Below the pieces are notes generated by a model. It had not been told where the DNA came from. It made no database searches and saw only the letters and a list, made by a program, of their open reading frames with translations. The translations under genes and the position numbers were made by a program. Shown here piece after piece: positions 43,301-52,399 of a stretch of DNA of 64,000 nucleotides (within the stretch, counting starts at the first letter, position 1; every line of letters starts with the position of its first letter). Origin of the DNA: Bacteroidaceae bacterium (lineage in GTDB: Bacteria; Bacteroidota; Bacteroidia; Bacteroidales; Bacteroidaceae); contig JAGCFO010000039.1 in NCBI GenBank assembly GCA_017650105.1, positions 2,571 through 66,570 of the forward strand. The letters are read 5' to 3'.

Positions 43301-43721
43301 GGTGAACCTGCGTGAGCTGGACGAACTGCGCCATTCGGTGCAGAACGCCTCGTACGAGCAGAAAGACCCGCTGTTGATATTCAAGCTCGAGTCGGTGAAC
43401 CTCTTCGACGCTATGGTCGACAAGATTAACAACCAGACAGTCAGCATCCTGATGCGCGGGCAGATTCCGATGCGCGATCCTGAGCAGGTTCGCGAGGCTC
43501 CCCCGATGAATCGCGCGCAGCGACGTCAGCAATACCAGGAGAGCAAGAGCAGCGCCGAGGAGCGTCTGGTGGATCGCAACCAGCAGAATGCCGCAGCGCA
43601 GGATACCCGCGAGCGACAAGTGCGCCAGCCTATCCGAAAGGAAGTAACGGTAGGAAGAAACGATCCCTGTCCTTGCGGTTCGGGCAAGAAGTTCAAGAAC
43701 TGTCACGGAAGAGGAGTCTGA
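40341..43721 (+). CDS. secA: Preprotein translocase ATPase SecA
   Basis: 1126 aa. Walker [19 protein letters not shown]-like [19 protein letters not shown], and [16 protein letters not shown]-terminal zinc finger [19 protein letters not shown]. Confidence 0.98.
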   Translation: MGFNDIISKLFGNKSTRDMREIQPWVEKVKAAYVEIEKLSNDDLRARTKELKARILASAEQERAEIAALRAKVEETELEDREALFDQIDKKEKEVLEIYEKAMDEALPEAFSIVKETARRFAENEEVVVTATDFDRNMAATKDFVRVEGDKAIYVNHWQAGGNETVWNMIHYDVQLFGGVVLHKGKIAEMATGEGKTLVATLPVFLNALTGNGVHVVTVNDYLAKRDSEWMGPLYIFHGLSVDCIDKHQPNSEARRQAYLADITFGTNNEFGFDYLRDNMASSPEDLVQRSHNYAIVDEVDSVLIDDARTPLIISGPVPKSEDQMFEELRPYVERLVEAQKKLATQYLVEAKKLIPSDKPEEVEAGFLALFRAFKALPKNNALIKYLSEPGIKTGLLKTEAIYIEQNNRRMPEATDPLYFVIDEKLNSVDMTDKGTDLITGNMSDSTFFVLPDIAAQLSELETHTELTEEERLEQKDKLLTDYAVKSERIHTINQLLKAYTMFEKDVEYIVDEEGHVKIVDEQTGRIMEGRRYSDGLHQAIEAKERVKVEAATQTFATITLQNYFRMYHKLAGMTGTAETEAGEFWDIYKLDVVVIPTNKPVIRNDMNDRVYKTKREKYKAVIDEIVKMREEGRPVLVGTTSVEISEMLSRMLTMRKIDHNVLNAKLHQREAEIVAQAGKSTLGKVMVTKPDGTSQLEERLLGAVTIATNMAGRGTDIKLTPEVRAAGGLAIIGTERHESRRVDRQLRGRSGRQGDPGSSVFYVSLEDNLMRLFASDKIASVMDRMGFKEGEMLEHSMINKSIENAQKKVEENNFGIRKRLLEYDDVMNKQRQVVYTKRRHALVGERLGMDITNMIWDRCAEAIENSADYEDLKMKIFRTLAMETPFSEADYREKDKQELVQQAFNAGMEHFKRKTDMLAQIANPVIQKVYEEQGDRYENILIPITDGKRLYQIPVNLKAAAESDGKEVVKSFEKAIMLHVIDEAWKVNLRELDELRHSVQNASYEQKDPLLIFKLESVNLFDAMVDKINNQTVSILMRGQIPMRDPEQVREAPPMNRAQRRQQYQESKSSAEERLVDRNQQNAAAQDTRERQVRQPIRKEVTVGRNDPCPCGSGKKFKNCHGRGV

Positions 43722-43732
43722 CGCAGCAGTTT

Positions 43733-43815
43733 GAAGAAACCATCCGGCAATATGAAGAAGGAATATCCCAATATGAAGAAAGAAACGCGCGAGATGAAGA
43801 AGGGAAAAAAATTTA
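43733..43815 (+). repeat. Repeat family locus E (4 units), beginning 12 nt after the secA stop
   Basis: Cores GAAGAAAC (43733), GAAGAAGG (43754), GAAGAAAG (43775) and GAAGAAGG (43796) are spaced exactly 21 bp apart. Spacers: CATCCGGCAATAT, AATATCCCAATAT, AAACGCGCGAGAT, GAAAAAAATTTAT. Confidence 0.9.
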
Positions 43816-43910
43816 TGCTTTCTACATATTGCCGTATGCTCAAAGCATATTGAGAAACGAAAAGCAAACTATACAGCATCGGGCAATAAACAACTGAAAA
43901 GAGCAAGACG

Positions 43911-44957
43911 ATGAGAAAAAATGCCATCCTGAAAACCATTATCGTTTCGGCAGCACTGCTGCTGACGGGGGGCTGCATTGGCGTGAAATACGTCTCCATC
44001 GAGCAGTATGCCCCTCCGCGCTACCTGCTCCCGCCCGACGCTACCCGCATCGCCGTTCTCAACAATGTCGACTCGGCAAACATCTATGTGATAAACCCCA
44101 ACATCGAGGTGTGGCTTGCCGAAGGCGACAGCATTATGGAATACGTCGCACAGGCACTTGCCGACTCTGAGCTCTTCTCCGAAGTGATAGTGCTCGACAG
44201 CTGCATCTTCCCCAAAGGCAACACGGTAGCGCACTTCCTCACCCAGCAGGAAGTGCAGGAATACTGCAACATGCTGGGAGTCGACATCATCATGACGTGC
44301 GAATTCGGAGGCATCTCCACCTTTCGCAACTACAATTACGCAGGCCCTGTCACGTGGTTCAACCTTGAGTCAGACGAATACTTCCTCTTTGCCCACATCT
44401 ATGCGCCCACACGCAAAGATCCCTTCTACTCCCTCAAACTAGAGGAATCTTGGAGCAAGATGGTGGAGAGGAGAGAGAAAATACCAGAAGCCGTCCACGA
44501 AGCCCTGCCGCTGATAGGAGAAGCCAGCGTGAAGTACTTTTTGCCCTACTGGGATTTGCGTGAGCGCTCCTTCTACTGGAGCACCAATTACAACTTGCGC
44601 GAGGCTACCATCAGCGTCAAGGAGGGCGACTGGGATACCGCCTATTCATATTGGCAGAAATACGGAAAAAGCAGGAAAGCGCGGCGCCGACTCATCTCGT
44701 GCTACAACCAAGCGCTCTACTACGAGATGCAGGACAGCCTCGATCAGGCTTTCAACATGCTGCGCGAAGCAAAGAGCTACGTTACCGACACAACGTCTCT
44801 CGACAGTGCGCAAATCAAGGCTTGGGGTACGATGGGCTTAGATTACACTGGTGCCGACGACGATATGCTCACCGACTACCAGCGCATCCGCAAATACGAG
44901 CAAATACTTACCGAACGAAAAGCTGAAATAACGAAACTAAATCTTCTGGAACCATGA
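43911..44957 (+). CDS. Hypothetical lipoprotein with C-terminal TPR-like helical region
   Basis: MRKNAILKTIIVSAALLLTGGC lipobox. No family recognised. Its stop overlaps the next start (ATGA). Confidence 0.65.
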   Translation: MRKNAILKTIIVSAALLLTGGCIGVKYVSIEQYAPPRYLLPPDATRIAVLNNVDSANIYVINPNIEVWLAEGDSIMEYVAQALADSELFSEVIVLDSCIFPKGNTVAHFLTQQEVQEYCNMLGVDIIMTCEFGGISTFRNYNYAGPVTWFNLESDEYFLFAHIYAPTRKDPFYSLKLEESWSKMVERREKIPEAVHEALPLIGEASVKYFLPYWDLRERSFYWSTNYNLREATISVKEGDWDTAYSYWQKYGKSRKARRRLISCYNQALYYEMQDSLDQAFNMLREAKSYVTDTTSLDSAQIKAWGTMGLDYTGADDDMLTDYQRIRKYEQILTERKAEITKLNLLEP

Positions 44958-45424
44958 AACTCAGTCTTCAATCAGAGTCGATTCTCGACAGCCTTTTCCA
45001 AAACTTGGCAGACAAGTTTTCTTCCTCACAGTCCGAGCCAGCCCTCACCGACTTTCATCTGCAGCCTTTGCGCGAAACGGGCGAGCTGAATGTCTACGAC
45101 GATGACGACAACCTGCTGTGCCACACGACTATAGTTGAGTGGGCCGACGAATCGTCCGACGCGGATGAGGATGATGCCGACGCTTTCTACGACGATGCCG
45201 CGCGGCATCTACGCCAATCCCTCGCGCGGGTGGATGCCGAAGGTGCGCTTCAGCAGCTCAACGTGTGGAAACCCTACTCTTTCGTGCTGGTCGACGACGA
45301 ACGCGAGGTGGTGTGCGAGCTTCTTCTTGTCGACGACGACACACTGCTTGTCAACGACACCCTTCTGCAAGGACTCGACGAAGAACTGAACGATTTCTTC
45401 GAGCAACTGCTGGGGGAAGATTGA
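44954..45424 (+). CDS. Hypothetical, very acidic cytoplasmic protein (156 aa)
   Basis: Start translationally coupled to the upstream gene. Rich in D/E (DESSDADEDDADAFYDDA) with no signal peptide. A hairpin terminator follows at 45524-45558. Confidence 0.55.
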   Translation: MKLSLQSESILDSLFQNLADKFSSSQSEPALTDFHLQPLRETGELNVYDDDDNLLCHTTIVEWADESSDADEDDADAFYDDAARHLRQSLARVDAEGALQQLNVWKPYSFVLVDDEREVVCELLLVDDDTLLVNDTLLQGLDEELNDFFEQLLGED

Positions 45425-45523
45425 ACCCGTTCGGAGGAGAGTTCTTCTACAGAGAAGAAAGTTACGCTAGCGAGAGGCTTGCAGAAGGCAGACAATGCAT
45501 TTAGTTTCAGAATAATAGAGGAA

Positions 45524-45558
45524 GTGCCCCTACCCACAAAGGAGGGGCACTTTGCTTT
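45524..45558 (+). terminator. Intrinsic terminator after the lipoprotein / acidic-protein operon
   Basis: GTGCCCCT, acccacaaagg, AGGGGCAC, then TTTGCTTT. Confidence 0.6.
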
Positions 45559-45690
45559 CGCGGAGATTCCCTGTTTGCTCCAAAAGAAGCGTTGCCTCAA
45601 ACTGATTCTCCGTTAACGACAAAACGGAAATAACTCTTTGAGAAAAGCATTCAGCACAAAGATAAGCAAGCTTTGTCAACAAAGACGTAT

Positions 45691-45803
45691 GTAGAGAGGA
45701 AAACGAATTATGAAGAAGGGAAAAAAATTTTTCGAGAAGGAAAAAAAATTTTTGGAGAAGGAAACGCGCGAGATGAAGAAGGGAAAAAATTTTTTGGACA
45801 AAG
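45691..45803 (+). repeat. Repeat family locus F (5-6 units)
   Basis: Cores at 45712, 45733, 45754, 45775 and 45796 (exact 21-bp steps), with a degenerate GAGAGGAA at 45694. Spacers are A7T5, A8T5, AAACGCGCGAGAT and A6T6. Lies in the 632-bp intergenic region upstream of the TetR-RND operon. Confidence 0.9.
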
Positions 45804-45947
45804 CATATCAGATTTTGCCTTACACATATTGCAGAAAAGGCTGAGGAAAACTGATGGTAAAAGCCTCTGAGTGCGTAATTGAGAAAGCACCCTCGCACGC
45901 GAACTGTAAACATATCTTAAATATGCGCGTCGGGCGCAACAAACAAA

Positions 45948-45977
45948 GGGAAACTTTTTGCTATTAAAAAGTTTCCC
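45948..45977 (+). promoter_or_regulatory. Perfect 12-bp inverted repeat overlapping the -33 region of the TetR-RND operon promoter: candidate TetR operator
   Basis: GGGAAACTTTTT (45948-45959), gctatt, AAAAAGTTTCCC (45966-45977). TTTG at 45957-45960 and TAATTTTG at 45980-45987 form a Bacteroidota -33/-7 pair with a 19-nt spacer. Confidence 0.55.
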
Positions 45978-45979
45978 TG

Positions 45980-45987
45980 TAATTTTG
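45980..45987 (+). promoter_or_regulatory. Candidate -7 box TAATTTTG for the TetR-TolC-MFP-RND operon
   Basis: 69 nt upstream of the ATG at 46057 and immediately after the 12-bp inverted repeat. Confidence 0.5.
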
Positions 45988-46056
45988 CAGTCGTTTTAAA
46001 AAACGGCGATTTTCAATCGCACAATCTGCCTTCGGGGCAGAACGCAAATCGGAAAA

Positions 46057-46707
46057 ATGAGCAGAGAAAACAGAAAGGCCGAGAAAGAAGAGCTGCGTGA
46101 GCGGATTCTGAACGTGAGCACCCGTCTTTTTTTCAGCCGAGGCATACGTCAGATGAAAATGAACGACTTAGCCTCCGAACTGTCTGTGTCGAAGAAGACA
46201 CTCTATGAGTTCTTCGCCGACAAGCGTGCGCTGCTCATCGAGGTGCTCAGGCATCAAGGTAAGAAAGCATCGAAAGTGAGAGAGGAAGCTATGTCGGTTT
46301 CCGACAACTTCATGGTGCAGTTGCTCCACTATTATCGGAAGGTTTTCTGCGAATTCGGCGAGCCCGTAGGGGTGCAGTTCAAGGAAGACATGCAGCGCTA
46401 TCCCGAAATCAAAGAACTGGTTGAACAGGAAAAAGAGGAATACATGAAGAGCCTTGTGGCTTGGTTCCACGAAGGCGTAGCCAAAGGGGCGCTCAGAGAC
46501 GACGTCGACTACGAGATTTACTGCCGCTGGAGTCCTTTCCAGCTGTTTTCGGTAATAGTGAGCGGCATCGTAACGCGATACAGAATAGAGGAGGTCTATC
46601 AGTCGATTTTCTACGTTCAGTTGCGCGGGATAGCCACAGAACAAGGTTTGAAGGATGCCGACGAAGCCGTGAAACAGTATCGCGAGAGTTTGAAAAAGAA
46701 ACAATAA
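46057..46707 (+). CDS. TetR/AcrR family transcriptional regulator
   Basis: N-terminal HTH: RILNVSTRLFFSRGIRQMKMNDLASELSVSKKTLYEFF. First gene of the efflux operon. Confidence 0.85.
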   Translation: MSRENRKAEKEELRERILNVSTRLFFSRGIRQMKMNDLASELSVSKKTLYEFFADKRALLIEVLRHQGKKASKVREEAMSVSDNFMVQLLHYYRKVFCEFGEPVGVQFKEDMQRYPEIKELVEQEKEEYMKSLVAWFHEGVAKGALRDDVDYEIYCRWSPFQLFSVIVSGIVTRYRIEEVYQSIFYVQLRGIATEQGLKDADEAVKQYRESLKKKQ

Positions 46708-46720
46708 GATAACTACAAAT

Positions 46721-48070
46721 ATGATGAAAAAAGGAAACGTGATGTTGGCTGTTGGGCTGTTCTGCCTCATAGCTTCCGCAAGGATGATGGCTCAGACGGA
46801 TGTTGTGCCTGCCTATTCAGGTACGCTACGTCTGACGCTCGATCGTGCTATAGAGATAGCTCTCGATGAGAATCCCACCATACGGATTGCAGAGGAAGAC
46901 ATACGGCTCAAGGAGATGACCAAACTGGAGACAACGTTAGGGCTGCTGCCTGAAGCAAACCTCTCCGGCTCGTATCAGCGAACCATCGAGAAGCAAACGA
47001 TGGTAATGAACAACATGCAGTTCAAGGTGGGTGTTAACAATATGTACTCAGGCGGACTGAGCATCAGCCTTCCTGTTTTTGCGCCAGCTCTCTACAAGAG
47101 CATGAACCTCACCCGCACCGACGTAGAGTTGGCTGTGGAGTCTGCACGCGCCTCTAAGCAGGATTTGGTTTGTCAAGTGACAAAGGCATTCTATCAACTG
47201 ATGTTGGCACAAGACAGCTACGAAGTGTTGCAGAAAGCGCTTGCCCAGAGCGAGGAGAACTATCGCATCGTGTCTGCCAAATATGACGAGGGACGCGTTA
47301 GCGAGTACGACAAGATTAGCGCTGAAGTGCAGATGCGCAATCTTCAACCCTCCGTCATCAGTGCCCGCAACGCTGTGGACCTGAGCAAATTGCAGCTGAA
47401 GGTGCTGATGGGAGTTACGGCAGATGTCGACATTGAGGTTGAAGGCAATCTGAAGGACTATGAGGAAGGGATGTACGCTACGATGATAGGCTCCGACAGC
47501 CTCTCGCTGCGCAACAACAGCTCTCTGCTCCAGTTGGACCTGAACAGTCGCTTGTTGAAAAACACGCTTGACATCCAAAATCAGAGTTTCTTGCCGAACG
47601 TAGCACTGCAGTTTAACTATATGTACACATGTATGGCTGACAATTTCGATTTTCAGAGCTACAACTGGAATCCCTACGCCAATGTTGCACTCAGCGTAAG
47701 CATTCCTCTCTTTAAATATAGCAATTTCAGCACTGTCAAGAAGACACGCGTGCAGATGAATCAGCTGCAGATGAATCGCGACTATGCAGAACGTCAGCTC
47801 GAAATGCAGAAAAATACATATCTCAAAAACATGACAGCTTGCGCTGAGCAAGTCAGCTCTAACAAGGAAGCCATTATCCAGGCACAGAAAGGGCGCGACA
47901 TTGCTCAAACGCTCTATGATGTTGGGCGAGGAACAGTGCTCGAACTGAATAGCGCCGAGGTTGCCCTCACACAAAGCGAGCTCACCTATAGTCAGTCCGT
48001 CTATGACTGGCTGACAGCGAAAGCAGACTTAGACAAGCTGCTCGGAAGAGATTACATCACCGAAAAATGA
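46721..48070 (+). CDS. TolC family outer-membrane efflux channel
   Basis: Signal peptide. Duplicated coiled-coil/beta-barrel repeat pattern (LTLDRAIEIALDENPTIR...; AEVALTQSELTYSQSVYDWLTAKADLDKLLG). Confidence 0.9.
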   Translation: MMKKGNVMLAVGLFCLIASARMMAQTDVVPAYSGTLRLTLDRAIEIALDENPTIRIAEEDIRLKEMTKLETTLGLLPEANLSGSYQRTIEKQTMVMNNMQFKVGVNNMYSGGLSISLPVFAPALYKSMNLTRTDVELAVESARASKQDLVCQVTKAFYQLMLAQDSYEVLQKALAQSEENYRIVSAKYDEGRVSEYDKISAEVQMRNLQPSVISARNAVDLSKLQLKVLMGVTADVDIEVEGNLKDYEEGMYATMIGSDSLSLRNNSSLLQLDLNSRLLKNTLDIQNQSFLPNVALQFNYMYTCMADNFDFQSYNWNPYANVALSVSIPLFKYSNFSTVKKTRVQMNQLQMNRDYAERQLEMQKNTYLKNMTACAEQVSSNKEAIIQAQKGRDIAQTLYDVGRGTVLELNSAEVALTQSELTYSQSVYDWLTAKADLDKLLGRDYITEK

Positions 48071-49107
48071 AAAAACAGAATAAAATGAAGAAACATTCTT
48101 GCTTAGTTTTGGCTGCAGTTGCCGTAGTGCTGCTTGCCGCTTGTACAAATGAGCAGAAGGCGCAGGACGCCGCTGCCCAACAGAATGCCAAACCAAAAGT
48201 TCGTTTGGCTACCGTCCATCAGAAAGCTGTCGATCAGGTGCGTGACTACACATGTACCGTAGAGGCAGAAGTAAAGAACAACATCGCTCCTCAAACTCCC
48301 GGGCGCATCAACAAAATCTATGTGGAAGTAGGCGATCATGTCGTCAGGGGGCAGCGTCTGGTGCAGATGGATGCTTCTTCCCTTCGACAGCTGGAGTTGC
48401 AGATAGCCAATCAGAAGACCGACTTCGAACGCATCGAAAAACTGTATAAGATTGGTGGAGTAAGCAAGGCAGAGTATGATAACGCCAAGATGTCACTTGA
48501 CGTCAACGAAACCAGCTATTCAAATTTGAAGGAGAACACTCAACTTCTGAGTCCTATCACGGGTATCGTCACGGCCCGTAACTATGACAGCGGAGACCTT
48601 TATTCGGGAAATCCCGTGCTGACGATTCAGCAGATTCGACCTGTGAAGTTGCTCATCAATGTGAGTGAACAATATTTCAGCCGCGTGCAGAAAGGAGACA
48701 AAGCCGTGATTCGTCTTGATGCCCTTCCCGACAAAGAGTACGAGGCATCTGTTACGCTTGTCTATCCCACTATCAATGCATCCACGCATACTTTCCCCGT
48801 AGAGCTTAGTCTTCCTAATACCGATGAGGCTGTGCGCCCGGGAATGTTTGCGCGTGCTACATTAAACTTCGGAACGGAGCAGCACGTTGTGGTTCCCGAT
48901 CAAGCTATCGTGAAGCAGCCTGGAAGTGGAGAGCGCTTTATCTATATCTATAATGCCGACGGAACTGTAAGCTATATGAAAGTAGAACTCGGGCAGCGTC
49001 TTGATGAAAGCTACGAGCTTCTCAGCGGTGTGCCAGATGGTGCAAGCATCGTTATTGCCGGGCAGAGCAAACTGGTGGATGGCGCAGATGTGCAGGTTAT
49101 AGAGTAA
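48067..49107 (+). CDS. Efflux RND periplasmic adaptor (membrane fusion protein), lipoprotein
   Basis: Lipobox LLAACTNE. Biotinyl-lipoyl-like hairpin (GRINKIYVEVGDHVVRGQRLVQMD ... LLSPITGIVTARN). The start overlaps the TolC stop (ATGA). Confidence 0.9.
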   Translation: MKKQNKMKKHSCLVLAAVAVVLLAACTNEQKAQDAAAQQNAKPKVRLATVHQKAVDQVRDYTCTVEAEVKNNIAPQTPGRINKIYVEVGDHVVRGQRLVQMDASSLRQLELQIANQKTDFERIEKLYKIGGVSKAEYDNAKMSLDVNETSYSNLKENTQLLSPITGIVTARNYDSGDLYSGNPVLTIQQIRPVKLLINVSEQYFSRVQKGDKAVIRLDALPDKEYEASVTLVYPTINASTHTFPVELSLPNTDEAVRPGMFARATLNFGTEQHVVVPDQAIVKQPGSGERFIYIYNADGTVSYMKVELGQRLDESYELLSGVPDGASIVIAGQSKLVDGADVQVIE

Positions 49108-49144
49108 GAATCAGAATGTGTTAATTGTCAAATAGTAAATCCAG

Positions 49145-52100
49145 ATGAGTCTATATGAAGGTTCGGTCAAAAGGCCGATTATGACCTCGCTGATATTTAC
49201 AGCAATCGTGGTGCTTGGTATCTTCTCACTCACCAAGCTGCCTGTGAACCTGTTTCCCGATGTCGACACCACCAACATTATGGTGATGACATCGTATAGC
49301 GGCGCATCTGCCGAAGACATCGAGCAGAATGTTACACGCCCGCTGGAAAACACGCTCAACACCGTCGGCAACCTTAAACACATCACGAGCCGTTCGTCTG
49401 AAAACATATCCATAATCACTCTTCAGTTTGAGTACGGATTCGACATCGACGACCTTACCAACGATGTGCGCGACAAACTCGATATGGTGAAACGCGCACT
49501 ACCCGACGGGGCTTCTGATCCTATCATCTTCAAGTTCGATGCCGACATGATGCCTGTGATGATTCTCTCAGTGCAGGCAGATCAGAGCGTTAACGGCCTC
49601 TATAAAATTTTGGACGAAAACGTTGCCAACCCGCTTGCCCGTATTGCCGGAGTGGGTAGTGTCAGCATAGGAGGAGCACCCGAGCGCGAGATTTACGTCT
49701 ATTGCGATCCTGTCAAGTTGGAAGCATACAACTTGACGGTGGAGGCTATCTCCAACATTATCACGCAAGAAAACCGCAACATTCCTGGAGGTTCCTTCGA
49801 CGTGGGCAACGAGACCTACCCCCTTCGTGTGGAAGGTGAGTTCAACGATCCTCGGGAGATGGAAAACATTGTTGTGGCTTCTCTCGGAGGAAGTGACATC
49901 TATCTCCGTGATGTAGCTGAGGTTGTCGACACCCTTCAGGAGCGCGGGCAGATGTCGTTCACTAATGGTGTACGAGGCGCTACCATTATTGTTCAGAAAC
50001 AGTCGGGTGCCAACTCTGTTGAGATTTGTAACAAGGTGAAGAAGATGCTTCCTGAGTTGCAGCGTAATCTCCCCAGCGACATACGCATCGGAATGATTAA
50101 CGATACTTCCGAAAGTATTATGAATTCCATCGGGAGCCTTGAGGAAACGGTATTTTTCGCTCTTCTCTTCGTGGTGCTCGTAGTGCTTTTCTTCTTAGGA
50201 CGTTGGAGAGCGACATTTGTTGTTGCTATCACTATTCCGCTCTCGCTTATCGCCTCGTTTATCTACTTGTTGCTGAGCGACGGCTCGCTCAACATCATCT
50301 CGCTCTCGTGCCTATCTATAGCGATTGGACTTGTGGTGGATGATGCAATAGTGGTGCTGGAGAATACCACTACGCACATCGAGCGAGGAGCCGATCCCAA
50401 ACAGGCAGCCATTCATGCTACGAACGAAGTTGCTATCTCCGTTATCGCCTCCACCCTCACAATGTTAGCAGTATTCCTACCGCTTACGATGGTGAAGGGT
50501 ATGGCTGGTATGATGTTCAAGCAACTCGGTTGGATGATGTGCATTATTCTCACTGTCTCTACCACCAGCGCCCTCTCCTTCACTCCTATGCTCTGCTCGC
50601 AGATGCTGAAGCTGAAGAAGAAACGCACAAAGATAATGGATAAGCTGTATGGTCCCATTGAGCGTTTTCTCGACCGATTCGATGCTTGGTATCAGGGCAA
50701 ACTGAATTGGTGTGTACGACATCGTCCTGTCATCATCTGGACGTGTGTGGCAGTCTTTGCCCTTAGCCTGTTTACCATCAAGTCCATTGGAACGGAGTTC
50801 TTCCCATCAAGTGACGATAGTCGCCTTTCTATCAAAGTGTGGATGCCCATCGGCACACGCACCGAACGGAGCCAAGTGGTAGCAGAGGAATTGGCAGAGA
50901 AGTGGCGCAAAGATTTCGGTGCCGAATGCCGCGTAATCAACTATACCGTAGGGCAAGCATCTGAAGACAACACCTTTGCCTCGATGCAGAGCAACGGCAC
51001 CCACATCATCTCCTACAATGTGCGCCTCAAGAACCCCAGCGAGCGTAAGATGACTGCTTTTGATGTAGCAAGCATCATACGTACCGATTTGGGCAATCGC
51101 CCCGAAATAGAGCGCTTCACTGTGGGTGCCGGAGGTAGTTCGGGTATGGGAGGACAATCTACTGTGGCATTCGAAATCTACGGATGGGATTTCACCGAGA
51201 CCGACAACGTTGCCAAGATGCTGCGCACGGAGCTGAAGAAAGAGCCCGGAGTAGCTGAGGTACGAATCAGCCGCGATGAGTATCAGCCCGAGTATCATGT
51301 AGAGTTCGACCGCGAGAAGTTAGCCCGTCACGGGCTCAATGTGGCAACGGCTGCCACCTATTTGCGCAACCGCATCAATGGTTCCACCGCTTCGTATTAT
51401 CGTGAGGACGGTGAGGAATATGACATCAAGGTACGTTTTGCTCCCGAGTTCAGGACCTCCACTCAGGATATCGAGAATATTCTCCTTTATGGAACGTCTG
51501 GCAACACCGTCAGAGTGAAGGATGTGGGTGCTGTCGTTGAGCGTTTCACCCCTCCCACTATCGAGCGCAAAGACCGCCAGCGCATCAATACAGTTACCGC
51601 TATAGTTGAGAGTGGAACTCCCATGAGCAAAGTGGTGGAAGCAGGTCAACGCATCATTGCCGAAAACGACATACCGCTTGGCATCTCCGTAGGTATCGCC
51701 GGCGACGTGGAGGAGCAACAGGACTCCTTCTCCGACATGCTTATGCTGGGTTTGCTCATCCTCATGCTCGTTTACATCGTGATGGCGGCGCAGTTTGAGA
51801 GCTTCTCCGACCCGTTCATCATCATGCTGAGCGTACCCTTCGGAGTGAGCGGCGTGCTCATCGCCCTGTGGCTGACACACACCACCCTCAACCTGATGAG
51901 CGCCCTCGGCATCGTGTTGCTGCTGGGTATAGTGGTGAAGAACGGTATCGTACTCATCGACTACATACGCCTCTGCCGCGAACGTGGGCAGGGAGTGCTG
52001 AAGGCTGTCGTCACTGCGGGCAGGAGCCGTCTGCGCCCTGTGCTGATGACGACGCTCACCACCATCCTGGGTATGGTGCCGATGGCTATCGGAAGGGGCG

Positions 52101-52312
52101 AGGGCTCGGAACTGTGGCGTCCGCTGGGCGTCAGCGTCATCGGCGGATTGACCCTCTCCACCATCCTCACGCTCATTCTGGTGCCCGTCGTTTACAGCAC
52201 ATTCGCCGGAGGACAAATCAAGAGAAACCGCAAAAGGCATGCTCGCCAACTGGAGCTGGATGCCTATTGGCAGCAGAACAAAGACAAGCACATCAAAAAG
52301 GCAAAAAAGTGA
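49145..52312 (+). CDS. RND family efflux permease (AcrB/HAE1-like)
   Basis: 1055 aa with 12-TM topology and two large periplasmic loops. Conserved SIAIGLVVDDAIVVLEN and LGIVLLLGIVVKNGIVLIDY. Confidence 0.95.
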   Translation: MSLYEGSVKRPIMTSLIFTAIVVLGIFSLTKLPVNLFPDVDTTNIMVMTSYSGASAEDIEQNVTRPLENTLNTVGNLKHITSRSSENISIITLQFEYGFDIDDLTNDVRDKLDMVKRALPDGASDPIIFKFDADMMPVMILSVQADQSVNGLYKILDENVANPLARIAGVGSVSIGGAPEREIYVYCDPVKLEAYNLTVEAISNIITQENRNIPGGSFDVGNETYPLRVEGEFNDPREMENIVVASLGGSDIYLRDVAEVVDTLQERGQMSFTNGVRGATIIVQKQSGANSVEICNKVKKMLPELQRNLPSDIRIGMINDTSESIMNSIGSLEETVFFALLFVVLVVLFFLGRWRATFVVAITIPLSLIASFIYLLLSDGSLNIISLSCLSIAIGLVVDDAIVVLENTTTHIERGADPKQAAIHATNEVAISVIASTLTMLAVFLPLTMVKGMAGMMFKQLGWMMCIILTVSTTSALSFTPMLCSQMLKLKKKRTKIMDKLYGPIERFLDRFDAWYQGKLNWCVRHRPVIIWTCVAVFALSLFTIKSIGTEFFPSSDDSRLSIKVWMPIGTRTERSQVVAEELAEKWRKDFGAECRVINYTVGQASEDNTFASMQSNGTHIISYNVRLKNPSERKMTAFDVASIIRTDLGNRPEIERFTVGAGGSSGMGGQSTVAFEIYGWDFTETDNVAKMLRTELKKEPGVAEVRISRDEYQPEYHVEFDREKLARHGLNVATAATYLRNRINGSTASYYREDGEEYDIKVRFAPEFRTSTQDIENILLYGTSGNTVRVKDVGAVVERFTPPTIERKDRQRINTVTAIVESGTPMSKVVEAGQRIIAENDIPLGISVGIAGDVEEQQDSFSDMLMLGLLILMLVYIVMAAQFESFSDPFIIMLSVPFGVSGVLIALWLTHTTLNLMSALGIVLLLGIVVKNGIVLIDYIRLCRERGQGVLKAVVTAGRSRLRPVLMTTLTTILGMVPMAIGRGEGSELWRPLGVSVIGGLTLSTILTLILVPVVYSTFAGGQIKRNRKRHARQLELDAYWQQNKDKHIKKAKK

Positions 52313-52399
52313 TTGACGCTTCGCCGACGTGCCGACAGATGATATGTAAAAATCCGCATTAATTAACGCATCAAAAACACCATAGCCGACTTTACAGAG

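Noticed and set aside
45691-45803. Possibility that the 21-bp direct repeats are iterons or an origin of replication.
   Set aside because: The repeats are spread over seven loci rather than one. I saw no DnaA-box clusters (TTATCCACA-like), and no dnaA, rep or partition genes are nearby.
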